Positions 23,606-35,265 of a stretch of 64,000 nt of DNA are shown here, piece after piece. The translations under genes were made by a program, and so were the position numbers. The DNA is from Amoebophrya sp. A120 (Eukaryota > Protista > Dinoflagellata): NCBI GenBank assembly GCA_905178155.1, contig CAJINV010000004.1, positions 3,443,320 through 3,507,319 on the forward strand. The letters are read 5' to 3'. The stretch's first letter is position 1. Every line of letters starts with the position of its first letter. The notes beneath the pieces are model-generated. The model was not told the DNA's origin and searched no databases. It saw only the letters and a program-made list of their open reading frames with translations.

Positions 23606-26600
23606 TCAAAAAAATCCCCCGGACACGAAGCCGCCTTTGCGCGAGAAGCAGCAGGGGCAGGGGTTGTCGTCCGCGAGGTCGCTGGAGTAGTCTGCTTTTC
23701 CCCCGATATTGTCTGGAAATTCCATTACCAGTATCCAATATTGGAAAAAGTTCGTCACGATCACGATTCCTGCTCAGGTGCGCTTTTGCAAAAAAATGTC
23801 TGTCGTGCGTGTGTAAAAATGCATCGCAGCCAAGCTTTTTCATCCTACAGGACAAATTGCATCTACAAAGTCAGTGCAGTTTCTGCAACCCACGGGAAAA
23901 TTTTGTGTGCCAAAAAAGTTTCTAAGTACTCATTGCAAAACCTGCAAGGACATGACTTAGTGCCTGTGACAAAGCTTTTTCTCTTCCTAAACGGTGTGCT
24001 GTTGCTGTTGTATCCCCGACCGTGTCTCACGGAAGAGGAGACAGGAAAGACCTGCTGCGAGCGGCGCGACGAGCCCGCGGTCCTGCTTGTCTCAGCCATG
24101 GAAGCCGCACTAGAGACCTATGCCCTGCTCAGCCCTGGAACAATCTCAACCTATTAAGTATGTTTGTAGCTGGAACTCAATGCAATAATAAAGCTGGGAA
24201 AATCTTCACAACTCTTGTACTATACACGGAAAGAGCAGTAGAGCGTATTTCCTGCCACTTCTACATGACAAATTTTGTGCGAATTGCAATGCGATTGGGT
24301 GGACGAGGAGTGTTCACGCTAGACTCCATTTGCATCACCTTTCTTGTTCTTCCGGTTGTATAATTGAGTTTGAGATTGTTCCAGGTGGTCCGAGGAGGCC
24401 ATAAAACCGTCCGACAGGATGCGCTCGACCCCGGTGCCGCAACCACCGCCGTCCGCGCCGAGGGTGCGAGGGAGGCGGCGGAGTTCGGGCCGCTTCGGCT
24501 TGTCGGCGTGGTGCCCCACCGTATGGAAGCGTCAGGTTTGAAATCGTCAAAGTTGAAATAATTTGTAATGCATAAAATGCATGACCCGAGGCACGTGCGT
24601 TGCAGAGCAGGCAAGTGAGGCCGAGTGTAAGCGTGTTTGGGGTTACAGCTCGAGCTGCTAAAGTAGCATGAGAAAATCACTCTTCTTTGCCTAAACAGCA
24701 TGACAAACTGGATTTAGGCACCACCGAAATTTGTCATGCGCCACTTGGAAACTGGGTTCCAACTGGCATTCATTTTATGCATTACAAATCATTTCAACTT
24801 TGATGATTTCAAACCTGACGCTTCCATACACCGGCTCGTGGGCGTAGCCTGCGACCGGGATGTCGGTTCGTAAGTCGGGGACGAGAGGTATCAAAAGGAA
24901 AAATCCCCCCACCCCATATCAAAACGGAAATCTGTGATGCAGATTTGTTGTCACAAATCAGCTTTGTCATGCTACACGGGAAAAGATGCGGACTGTAGTG
25001 CTGGGTGGCGTGGGGGAGCCTTGCATCTTCAGCATGATTGGAGGCAGCTGAGAGTGGGAAACAGCATGACAAATTGCCTGCAAACAAGACCACGACTGCG
25101 GCTCTTGGCCTTCTAGCATGACAAGTCGACTTGGTGCCTCAAATCCTGCATCACAGATTTCCATTTCGATATGGGGAGGGGGGATTTTTCCGTTTGATAA
25201 GAGGTAGCGACTGTTCTCCGACCCAGACGTCGTTGCCCCGCCGGTGAACACCGGCGCACGGCCTGCAGCGTAACCATCACCAGTTTCCCCGCCACTCATA
25301 TCATATGTAAAAACGTCCCCAACCCATAGTTGTCGTGCAAATCCGCAAGTTGAAAGCGTCTCTCATGCGGCGCAGCCCCATGAGAGCCATTTTCTATCTA
25401 ATGCTATCTGGGAGCTTGTCATGCTAGAATCAGGATAAGATAGTCAATTTGTCATGCGGCTGCACGAGCTAAACAGGATTACACTACGGGCCAGAACTTG
25501 TCATGCTAAACCGAAGTGCGACACACTTTGCCTCCCCCTGTGCAAACGGCCGCAGATGGCTGTCACGCAGGGAAGGTGGGTCAGGCGGACATCGAAATGC
25601 CATCACCATCATCTCCCGGCCACGATACCTACTCACTTTACGCCAACTTATCCCACTTAGCCAAACTTCGCCAACAAGTGCCAACCAATCCAACTTTCGC
25701 TACATATAGAAAGCCAAACCAAGGAACCTGGATTTTGTCATGCACAGAAGCAACCATCAAACACCTACGAAATCATTCTATACCGGTTTCTCCTGATAAT
25801 ACGGTGACTCATCAACCTCCTTCCGGTTAACATCCCCTTCCTCTCTTATCCCCTCGTTTACGCTCTCCGTGAAAGCGCCTTCCTTTACCAACTTCACGTC
25901 CTTTTGTTTTTCGTTTTTGGACTGCAGTTTCCGCTCTTTCTTTGCTGCTTTCTTTTCGGAAGAAGTTTCAAAAAACTTGTCATGCTCGACAGCCAAAACT
26001 TGTGGATTTGTGTAGCAGATTCCCCATCTTGACTATGGGGTGGGGACCCGACGTTTTTACAAATGATAACTCATCGTCTGGTCCTCGTTCAACGGTGGTA
26101 AGAACTCCTGGGGAGACGGGTGGTTCACCCCGGGAACGTTCCAGCGTATCAAATGCAAATGTGCTGTCTGGGTCTGGAAGAGTCGTGCTACTTTTGCACG
26201 ACACAGAAGGTCTGGCATGGAAGCTCTAGCATCACAGGTTTCGAGAAACTTCTGCAATGCCGAATTCGCATGACACATGCCCCATTTTGGTGACAGAAAG
26301 TGGGCAAGTTTTGCTGCCTATACATGAGAGATTTTTATGTGTTGTGAAATGCGCATCACAAGTTTGCACTCTTCCAGACCCAGACATATTTGCAATGCAT
26401 ACAGCCACGATAATTGCTATTCGCGGTTGCAACTGTTCCGGAAGATGCGGCGGTGGCGAAAGGGTTGTTTTCCGCCACGGAGCCGATCGTGCCCGGGCTG
26501 TGTGGACTGGTACCCACTCTGGTGCCTCCGAAGTTTTGATGCGCGGTCCCGGACGCTGCAGTGGTGGCGTCCTCTAACGCGGGCGATAAGATTGTCCCCG

Positions 26601-27265
26601 GCAACGCAACGGAGCTCGCCGTCGTTCCCGGTGGTGGTGGCAGGATCGTATTCTGCAGAAAAGTACAACACGAGGCAAACAAATTTACAACATCAACAAC
26701 TACAAACAACAACAACAAAACTCCTTTGGCTGTTGAGCAGGGCCAACTTTTTTGGTACGCGCTGGTACTGGAGCAGCAGCAGGAGGAGCTCTGTCATTCC
26801 TAATACGTACGCATGACAGCAAACTGCACTCTGCGTGCCAGAACGTTGTCTGTGGTCTTGTGGTTTTCGCATTTTTGCAAAGTTTATTTTTCATTTTTCC
26901 GGGACGCGACTATCACTATAGCAACACAAATTCTCGCTCCTTTTTCTGGCAATCTGGGTGTGCTTTTCTGTGGGATAGATCGTGGAGGGCGCACTGTGCG
27001 GCACCCGCGTTGTTGGCGCTCCCGTTGTCGTTCCGGGCAGAGAATTTTCTCCTTGCAAGCTCGGCGCCGTTGCTTTCATTTTCCCGAATCGGTGTGCCTG
27101 CAGCTGTGTCGGGAAAAGTTGCAGTAAAACGCAAAGATTCGGAAGAACAGGAAGAAGCACGTGCTTCATCTTGGAAACGACACTGCTCTTGCGCAACGGC
27201 GACATCTTTTCTTCTCCGGTCGTGCCACCAGCAACACCAGCTTCTTCGGTTTTCAATGTTGACAC
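23606..27265 (-). CDS. Ser/Thr/Pro-rich, possibly secreted protein, 7 introner introns
   Basis: Signal-like MKHVLLPVLPNLCVLLQLFPTQLQA; frame continuous across 26649, 26147, 25299, 24889, 24522, 24119 and 23734 to ...DDNPCPCCFSRKGGFVSGGFF*. Confidence 0.8.
23734..23991. mobile_element. Degenerate introner
   Basis: GAAAAAG..GTCAC inverted pair; TSD CAGTA/CGGTG; frame restored. Confidence 0.65.
24119..24403. mobile_element. Introner family J (TATG.C...CCTGGAACAATCTCAA)
   Basis: TSD AGACC/AAACC; frame restored. Confidence 0.82.
24522..24828. mobile_element. Introner family F
   Basis: ~58-bp near-perfect TIR; TSD CACCG/CACCG. Confidence 0.96.
24889..25199. mobile_element. Introner family C (TATCAAAAGGAAAAATCCCCCC)
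   Basis: TSD AGAGG/AGAGG. Confidence 0.95.
25299..26068. mobile_element. Introner family B carrying a nested insertion
   Basis: TSD ACTCA/ACTCA; frame restored (QTMS|GGETG). Confidence 0.9.
25508..25973 (-). mobile_element. 466-bp insertion with 13-bp TSD (probable 5'-truncated retro-copy)
   Basis: AACTTGTCATGCT at 25495-25507 and 25974-25986; minus strand carries a Lys/Glu-rich ORF end followed by a UTR-like tail. Confidence 0.75.
26147..26401. mobile_element. Introner family A
   Basis: TSD CAGCG/CAGCC. Confidence 0.92.
26649..26977. mobile_element. Introner family I (TAT..CAGAAAAG.ACA)
   Basis: TSD GATCG/GATCG; frame restored. Confidence 0.85.
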
Positions 27266-27871
27266 AGCTAGTGTCGTCTCTAAGAGTTGTTCCGTCGTGA
27301 TGAAGTTTTCGTACTATCGTTCTTAACAGTAGGAAAGCTCGTGGCAAAACGAAAAAAGCAGCCCGAAACTACAGTGTACGGTCACGAAATAAGAGGGAAA
27401 GACTGATATACTTACTAACTCACCACCTCCTGCAGGCACGAAACACGAGATCATGCGTAGTACATTCGAACAAGACCTTTGGCCTCTTCAAATCGATTCG
27501 TGGAAGAGCCACTATTTCGCACCGATTCTGTCTCTTTTGCCTCGAAGGGCTGACAAGCAGTTTAGCTTTAGTTTTTCTTGCGCACGGCATAGCATTAATA
27601 AAATCCATAGCTAATCTAATTTTACAGTGAAGGCAGCCATCTGAATAGTATCTTTTTCGGTGCAGAGTGAACAAGCATCTTGAACCTCAAAATTTCCGCA
27701 CACCTACTCGAATTCAATCAATTTTGATCTTGACAAAAATTGTACATCTTGAAAATAATGGAATAGGAAATCTAATACAGGCTGCTCCAGCAGTATTGGG
27801 TGCTGTCTTGTTCCTGCAGACCCCTTTCTCCTGCTGCTGCTCCGCAACTACGTCACCCTCATACGATATCC

Positions 27872-28158
27872 TATGCATCGCAAGTATGTCCGGGTCTGGA
27901 TGGATGCAATAAACTTGTGCTGCGCGTTTGGAGGACCAGACACGCATCTGTCACGCATGGACAGCGAATGCGGCCATTTTTGCGCCTTGAAAGTCACGGA
28001 GTCCTCATGCCAGATAGGCATTGGGAAACGTTCTCGCTGAAACTTGTGATGCTATTGCTGGAATGCCAGAGCATGATCTGGGTCAGGGTCATGCAAATGC
28101 CGCATGACAAACGTCTCCACTTTATGTTCAAATAACCCAAACATACTTGCATTTGGTA
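27872..28158. mobile_element. Introner family A (diverged)
   Basis: TATGCATCGCAAGTATGTCCGGG...ACATACTTGCATTTGGTA; TSD TATCC/TGACC; host frame not resolved. Confidence 0.75.
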
Positions 28159-28585
28159 TGACCGGCTGTCCGACCATGATTTTCCGTGGCGGCTATCCCA
28201 GGAAAATGAAGCTATTTAGGTTCAGGCTTCGTGTGAGTATGTTTCTCTTGCTAGTAGTTTAAACGCTTTTATTCACGCATGTACATAAACCTCCAGATGA
28301 TGCAAAAGCAAAACTCACTTCTACAAGAAAATAAACCTGTCAATCGGAACTACCGCACAAAACGCTTTTGCTTGATTGCAGACACAGCACACAATAAACA
28401 CCAAAAGCTTTTTTCCTAAAGCATAGCGTGCCGGGCCTCGATGTTTGCTGCCACAATTTCGGCCTCCACACTTGCAAATGATACAGCGACACGGCATCAC
28501 GGAAAAATAAACCTCCCAACTTGCAGGCACATCGTAGAGTACAATTCACGTTCTATCTTCTGCTTTGCAGGAGTTCAAGTGCACA

Positions 28586-30411
28586 TTATAACAACCGTCG
28601 GACACTACAGCCGCCCCTAACTTTTCTATTCGGTAAAACGTGGCATCGAGCAGCACGACACACTTTCACATCTGTGCTGATGTCCCGTTCGGACAACGTA
28701 CACGACGGTATAGGTAAAAAGCAAAGTGAAGAGCTTTTGCAAATGAAAAACAAAAAGAGGAATGATGTGCTTGCACGACGAAGTGAAGATGATTTCTCGT
28801 TCAGATACAGCAACGCAAATACCAGGTACGCCATAAGGAACAAGCCCAGGAAAATGCAAAAAAAGGTATTCACCCCGGGTCCCCTTCCGTAAACATTATG
28901 CACGACGGGGAAACAGCATGCGTCGCAAGGGTCTCCTACGGTACCATACGTGCCCGTGACCGCGTAGCAGGAGCAGAGGCACAGGATGAGAATCAAGAAA
29001 AAACTGGCGAAGAGCCCCAAGTATGCAGTGCAAAAGCATTGTGGATGGAGGTGAGAAGATCTCGCTGCTCCACATGGAGTACATGTAAGTACTTATCCCG
29101 AGTTGTAGTAAAAACGAGCCCACGGCGGAAATTTTTCATGCTGGAACCAATCACCAGTTGATGCTGCGGTATTAAACGCCGACTAAGTAGATGCTTACTG
29201 ACAGCAGCGTCATTTGCCATGCCCAGATGCCGCAGCTTTTGCACATGATACAAAGATGTAGAGGGCGATTTGCGCCTTGCAGGATGGGCCTGCAATTATA
29301 TATTTGCAGCGATAAAGGTACTTTTTTTCACTTGTCGTAAAGTTTCGGTTTCCATCAAATCATAATTTATGAACCAGCACTTTCGATAGAAGCAAAAGCC
29401 GTAGTACTTACGACACACACCTGCTATAGACGATAACGCTTGCGCTCAAAACGTATAATATCTCATGAAAAAAATAGCAGCAGTATATATTTAACTACTT
29501 CCGATTCCGTCCCAGTTCCCTGTGACGCAGGCCCCGACGAAGAAGCAGTGAAAAACCCCTCCAAGCACCCTGAGCCAGGTATCACAGAGAAAAAAGCAGG
29601 CAGGTCACATTTGTAATGCAAAAATAAATACACAACGAAATCTTCTGTATTGCATATTCTAAACAGCATGCTATTGGGCCGCCCATGACAGACTTTTCTG
29701 TGTATCTATTTTTGCATTACAACAGAGATGACCTGCCTGCTTTTTTCTGTGTGATACCACGGGCTTGGCTCCAACCGACGATCGCAGCCATATCCGGTGC
29801 AAAAGTATCGCAGTCGTACAAATGCAAGCTCAGCATTACAAATCTTGTTTCCAAGGCAAATCTGCATTACAAACTTTATTTCTCATGCTGAGGAAATTTG
29901 TAATGCATTTATACGAGTACGATACTTTTGCAATGCATAAGCCACAGCACCCGACCACTTCGCGGTCCCGGGTGCTTTCGTCGCTAAAAAGCGTGTATCG
30001 TGCGTCGCAAATATCATCGATCTGGGTGTGGGAACTTCAGCTTGTGATAGTCAACTATGCAGCATGACCCCGCCATCTTCAGGCGCCGAGAAGCCAAGCA
30101 CACGACGACGCTTCCGCAGGACCAAAGAAACTGCGCTTTTACCGTAGTAGGTCACGCAAAAATACAGATTTGTGTTGTTTTTCAGGAAAAAATTTCATTT
30201 TTGCCACATACATTTTCCACTTTTCAAGACCACCCAGACCGATACTTGCGATGGATAGGGTCTCGAGGCAGAACCGCTGGTAAGAGGATGACGGTGTTTT
30301 TCCTTTTCCGGCGCGTGGGGAGTTGATAGGCGTGGCATTTGTCCCCGCCGACCTCGCGTAGTAGTTCCGCTCCGCGCTTTCGGGCGAGCGGACAGGAGAC
30401 GCCATCGCCAT
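28586..30411 (-). CDS. Cys-rich multi-pass membrane protein; 3' end uncertain (may extend to ~27700)
   Basis: MAMASPVR...CLET|LFSDE...GCCG|CDRRLEPSPW|LRVLGGVFHCFFVGACV... and IALYIF|GLFASFFLILILCLC...FFCIFLGLFLMAYLVFALL are joined across introners. Confidence 0.7.
29022..29250. mobile_element. Introner (A/G-like)
   Basis: TSD CCAAG/CAAAG; frame restored. Confidence 0.78.
29580..29756. mobile_element. Introner family E (TATCACAGAGAAAAAAGCAGG)
   Basis: Long TIR; TSD CCAGG/CCACG. Confidence 0.92.
29791..29939. mobile_element. Introner family G (short)
   Basis: TSD AGCCA/AGCCA; related to 41106-41241. Confidence 0.9.
29996..30257. mobile_element. Degenerate introner (A-like)
   Basis: TSD GCGTG/GGGTC; frame restored. 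Confidence 0.7.
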
Positions 30412-30876
30412 AGGGGTCGTCGCTTAGGGAGCGTAAGGAGAAAATGATCAAGTGTTAGTGTAGTATAGCAGGTACCTTGTCGTTCCAAAAAAAAAACGCT
30501 CAACAATCAGTTCTTGCAGTAGCAAACAAACGCAGATCTGTCTCGTCCGAGTCCGATAGCCAGAAACTTTTTCATCTATACTTCGATTACTTAGCGCCCT
30601 CGCCGTCGCCGTTTACGACACCGCCGCGAAACAATAAGCACGACAGATGATTTTAGGATTCGCATATATATTGAAAACTAAAATCCCAAAGGGATTGCCC
30701 AACGAGTTCCTCTGATCCGATTGCAGGAAGCATGTATGCATCACGACGAGAGGGACAGCAGCGGCCAAGAGGACCGATAATTTGAATTTCCGACGGCCCA
30801 GGTTTCTTTCGCATTACATGCTTCTTGTTCTTTTTCGGATCATCAGAAAGACAGTGCACTAGTCACTCGAAAGAGA

Positions 30877-31870
30877 AGATGAAGATCTTTCCATGGTCCA
30901 CGAACCGAACAGTAGCCCGCCTAGTAGAACTGTTTTATTGCTCCGAGAAAGTACCAGTACCGAATGAAGAGACGAGTACTACCTTTGTCGAAACAAGTAC
31001 GCCCGTCGCAACGATGTGGCCAAGCGACGTCCTCTTCTTCGTCCGATGTAGTTGCCAACAAGCTGGAACATTTTTACGAAGACGATTTACGCAAAAGAAC
31101 TCACCGTCTGGACGAGTCGATCAAACGATCATAGCGGAACCATGTACAACTGTGGAAGAGTAGTAAACTTCTGAAGCCCAACTCCTCCACGCTGGGGATG
31201 CGTCATTGCATGCCGGAACAGTAAAGCTGGCACATAGATTTGGTGTACAATCAGCACAGCGTCGTCCACAAGACACCGTCATGCTTTCCTACGCTAGTCC
31301 ATGACTCAGCTTCAGAAAATTATTTGTTTTTGCCACCCCCTGCTGCTTCGTCGGCCGAGACGTCGAAAGGAAAAATTTAAGGAGTACTTGTTTCTTGCAT
31401 CGGTTTAATATATAAACCGAAATAGAGCCGCGGCACAGCTCGTCTTCATCGTACAGCTTTAGTCTGTGCACGTCCATGGGAATGTATCTAGTAAGTGCTT
31501 AATAGTCGTAGCCGATGTGTAGAAGTGCCCTCCTTGCCTACTGCTCGGACTGCGAATCAAGCGGAGATATGTATGTATTGTACACGTGGATGTAGTTTAC
31601 AACCGGGAGTATATCTTGAAAATGCACCAGCTTCAGCGCCAACCTGTAAGCGCTATCGTATTGTTCCACGACTTCGCTCGCTTTAGATGAGTAACACTTA
31701 CTCTACGATTTAGAGATGAAGATCTTTCCATGGTCTACGAACCGAACGGTAGTCCGCCTAGTAGAACTGTTTTATTACTCCGAGAAAGTACTAGTACCGA
31801 ATGAAAAGAGAAAGACGAGTACTACCTTTGTCGAAATAAGTGTGCCCGGTGCAACGATGTGGCCAAGCGA
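30877..31870. repeat. Pair of ~155-bp direct repeats (30877-31027 and 31714-31870)
   Basis: AGATGAAGATCTTTCCATGGTC...ATGTGGCCAAGCGA in both copies. Confidence 0.9.
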
Positions 31871-32611
31871 TGTGCCCTCACACACTACTGAGTGTGAGGC
31901 AATCGTGATTTGGGCGAACAACTCAAGAGGTGAACAAGGATCCTGGAGGTGCCTGGGCCGCCCGCCGACTTAGAGCGCACCGGCGGGCTCTAATTCCAAT
32001 GTTCCTGATGGCAGCGCCAGTGCGTCTTCGCTAGTACAAGCGTCGCGCTGATTGATTTCACCACGGTCTTTCAATGGCGGCGGCGGGCTACAAGCCTTGT
32101 GCCGCGTTCATTGTGCATCCTGCACCCTAGCGGATGCTGCTGCCTCCTTGCAGGAGCAATATTCAAAATCAACACGCGAGAGCAGTGCAGTTGAGTGCGA
32201 AAACTCTGCTCTATGCGCGTTTCGCAACAAGAATCATGCTTCCCCTACGTGCTAGCAAAACTCTGCACAAGTGCGGTTTTGGGATGCTTGCTAAAGGATT
32301 TCATGCGTTCTGGACCATATCAATGGACCAGAAGGGTCTCATCCTCACTTGTCGCCGTCAACCCGCCACCGGAGACTGACAGACAACACACAAACCTTCA
32401 CTAGCATCCCAGGATTTACGCTGAAAAACGTACTGCCGCTACTCCTCGGCGCACACATTGCAGAAAAATACGTAGGAATAAAGGTGGGAACGCGGTTACT
32501 CACCTTTTTGTTCTAGCGCTACTATCTATCCATCTATCTATAGTGCGCGCGTGCTTTTTTTTAGAACTTCAGGTGGTACGCCACGGCCCTCGCAGTTCGC
32601 ACTTCTGATGG

Positions 32612-32769
32612 TAAGACACCACAAAGGGCGGCCAGTGGTGAGGAAAGATTCAAAACTTGGGTAGTACTAAGACACCACACAGGGCGGCCAGTGGTGAGGA
32701 AAGATTCAAAACTTGGGTAGTACTAAGACACCACAAAGGGCGGCCAGTGGTGAGGAAAGATTCAAAACT
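32612..32769. repeat. 56-bp tandem repeat, ~2.8 copies
   Basis: TAAGACACCACAAAGGGCGGCCAGTGGTGAGGAAAGATTCAAAACTTGGGTAGTAC at 32612, 32668 and 32724. Confidence 0.95.
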
Positions 32770-33192
32770 AGGCAAGTGCCACAGCGCTACGTTCTGATTT
32801 CGATTTTTTACACACTACTTCAACAAAAACCCTTTGTTGCGAGATGAAAACGCTGAAAAAAGGGACTAACGCTGAAAAAAGTTCTCATCAAAAGTTGATT
32901 TTGTAATTCAGAAGTTCTCGTAAAAGTAATTTTTCTTCTCCTTCTCGTGGGGAGTGGCTGAGCTATCTCGTGCTGTACCGTCTATCAGACTCTTTTACGA
33001 ACCACACTTCACCCACGCTCAATTCCTCCTTGCACGAATTTGCGAACAAAATAAAGGTGTCCGAAATTTCGCATACGACGTCTGGATTGTCTTGCAGTTG
33101 CCAACGCCGTCGCCCGTGTGCCGATGGTGTCCTCGTCCACCCAAGTCAAGTCAAGTCAACGCGTGGGCTAGTCTCTGGTTAGTAATCCTCGC

Positions 33193-34407
33193 TCAGAGAT
33201 TTGTCGAAATTATCGTAGCCGTGCGTGTATTGTTATCAAGTTCTTCTTTCAGTGGGGGCTGTGGCCATGCTATCTGACTGTCGTCCGCACTACGCCCACC
33301 CGTTTCTATTTCGTTGACAAGGGTCGGGCCATCGTAAACCTCCCCAAGGCATGCGCCTACAGCTTCTGCGGCTTCCTCGGTTCGGATCCACGCCCCGGCC
33401 CCCTTTTTCGCGATCTTCTTCTTGGTGATAGAAAGGGATATTTCTGCCTCCACCAGTCTGTGGTCACTCTTGTGATACGTCTGTCCCCGCACCTGGAACG
33501 CACGCACGTACCCCCGGTGCTTCCACGAGACAAAAGTGTGGTCGTACTCGCGCCGTGGCCTCGCCCCCTTCCAAGCTCCCTCGAAAGTGTACCGCCGCAC
33601 CCACGGTTTTTTGAACAAGGACGAAACGTCGACCATCTCCGCTGCGGCTGCCAGTGCCTGGAGCCTGTCAGCGTTGTCGGTCCGGCGCGCGAAACCAGCG
33701 GAGAGGCCACAAGGACCTACTGTAAACGGAAGCCCGGCCTCCTGTAGTTCCCGCTGCGGGCCTCCCGCCATCTCAGCATTAAAATCTCCTACCGCAATCA
33801 CGATGTCCCTGCCACTGTGATTGGCGATTTTTCTCGTTGCTTTTTCCCAGAAGCTGTCTTTATCCCCGATGTCTGCCGCGTTCGTTGGAGCGTAGCAGCC
33901 GTGAAGATGGACTTTTTGTCCATACGGGGTCCGGAGGGAAATTCGGCCATGTCGCCCGCACTGCTCGTTGTCAAAGTCAACAACTTCGATGCTGTGGTGG
34001 ACGACAAACAATACCCCCCCGACCGGCGTTCCGGAACTATTTAGCCACGCCCCGCCTCCATACAGAAGATACTCGTCAACACGCTCACCAGTGATCCACT
34101 CAGTCACTCTGCTCTCCTGTGTCACCACAACATCGAGTTTTCTGGATCTAGCGTCCTTGATCAAGCATTCCATTTCCACCGTTCGTGTCCCGCTGTCCTC
34201 CCTCTTGCCGAGGGTAAGCACGTTCCATGTGCCCAGCCTCAGCTTCTTTTTTGCGGAAGCGTGCGCGCCGCGTCGGCCTCGGGAGGGATCCTCCCTCCCG
34301 GCAGGCTTCGTCCTGCTGCCGCCTACAGCAGGGCTCCTCCCTGCTGTGGTGTCGTAAGTCGCGGCGCCTTCAGCTGCGGCTTGGTTAATTTGGGATCTCG
34401 CTTGCAT
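33193..34407 (-). mobile_element. APE-like (L1-EN/EEP) endonuclease ORF of an RTE-like non-LTR retrotransposon, without reverse transcriptase
   Basis: Motifs GTWNV, TQES, YAPT, GDFNA, YDH and SDHRLV in canonical order; ORF stops ~80 aa later; no RT motifs downstream. Confidence 0.9.
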
Positions 34408-35049
34408 CTTCAGTTCGTACTACTCTGTCCAGATTCCAACAACCTCCACTCCACCTCGTATCGTACGTTGAACACAAGTCGATCGCGTTTCTTCCGCGAA
34501 GGATAGAGCCCCGGGATTATGTCTTTTCACTGAGCGCAAGGTAGCAGGTGCACAACAGTCCAGCTCTTCTCTTCTTCTCTTCGATAACAATACTAATGCC
34601 TTCAATACAGCAACGCGGTTGGCGGCCACGAGCTAGGTCAGGTCCATCAACTAATCTCTCAGATCTTCTTTCCAATCAGCCCGACCCGGTCAGTCTGCTA
34701 CCAGGACGTTGCAGCTCGTGTAGATACAGCTGAGCAGACTCGAAGATCAGACCCACACTCGACTTTCTAAATACCCTGCACAGAGTCCACTTTCGCCCCG
34801 TTTGTTGGTTTTCCAAACGTGTTCTGCTTCCCACCTCCTCCTTCGGTAACTACCGCAGCAGTTAGTGTGGCGCAAAAACCAGTCTCTCAGTAGATCGAAT
34901 TCCGAGCGAACTGCTCCAGTTTCTCCTCGTCACCGTCAAAAAAGTACTATCTTACACGTGGCGCTCGAGGTACTGCAACTCACTCTTCGTAGTTCACGTT
35001 CTTGTTCAAAGTTTATCTTCCAAATTCAGACTGCAATAAACAACTTCAT

Positions 35050-35228
35050 TCATTTTACATTCGCCATCATTTTACATTCGCCATCATTTTACATTCGCCA
35101 TCATTTTACATTCGCCAATCATTTTACATTCGCCAACTATCATATAAATATACATATGTCCACTATCATATAAATATACATATGTCCACTTCATGTCCTC
35201 GTCCACTATCATATAAATATACATATGT
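35050..35228. repeat. 17-bp x5 and 26-bp x3 tandem repeats
   Basis: TCATTTTACATTCGCCA x5 (35050-35135), then ACTATCATATAAATATACATATGTCC x3. Confidence 0.95.
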
Positions 35229-35265
35229 TTCTCTTCGTTCCCTAGTACAACTTAGTAGTACGGGT

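Noticed and set aside
32612-32769. Possible CRISPR array
   Set aside because: Head-to-tail 56-bp units with no unique spacers, no cas genes, and a eukaryotic context.
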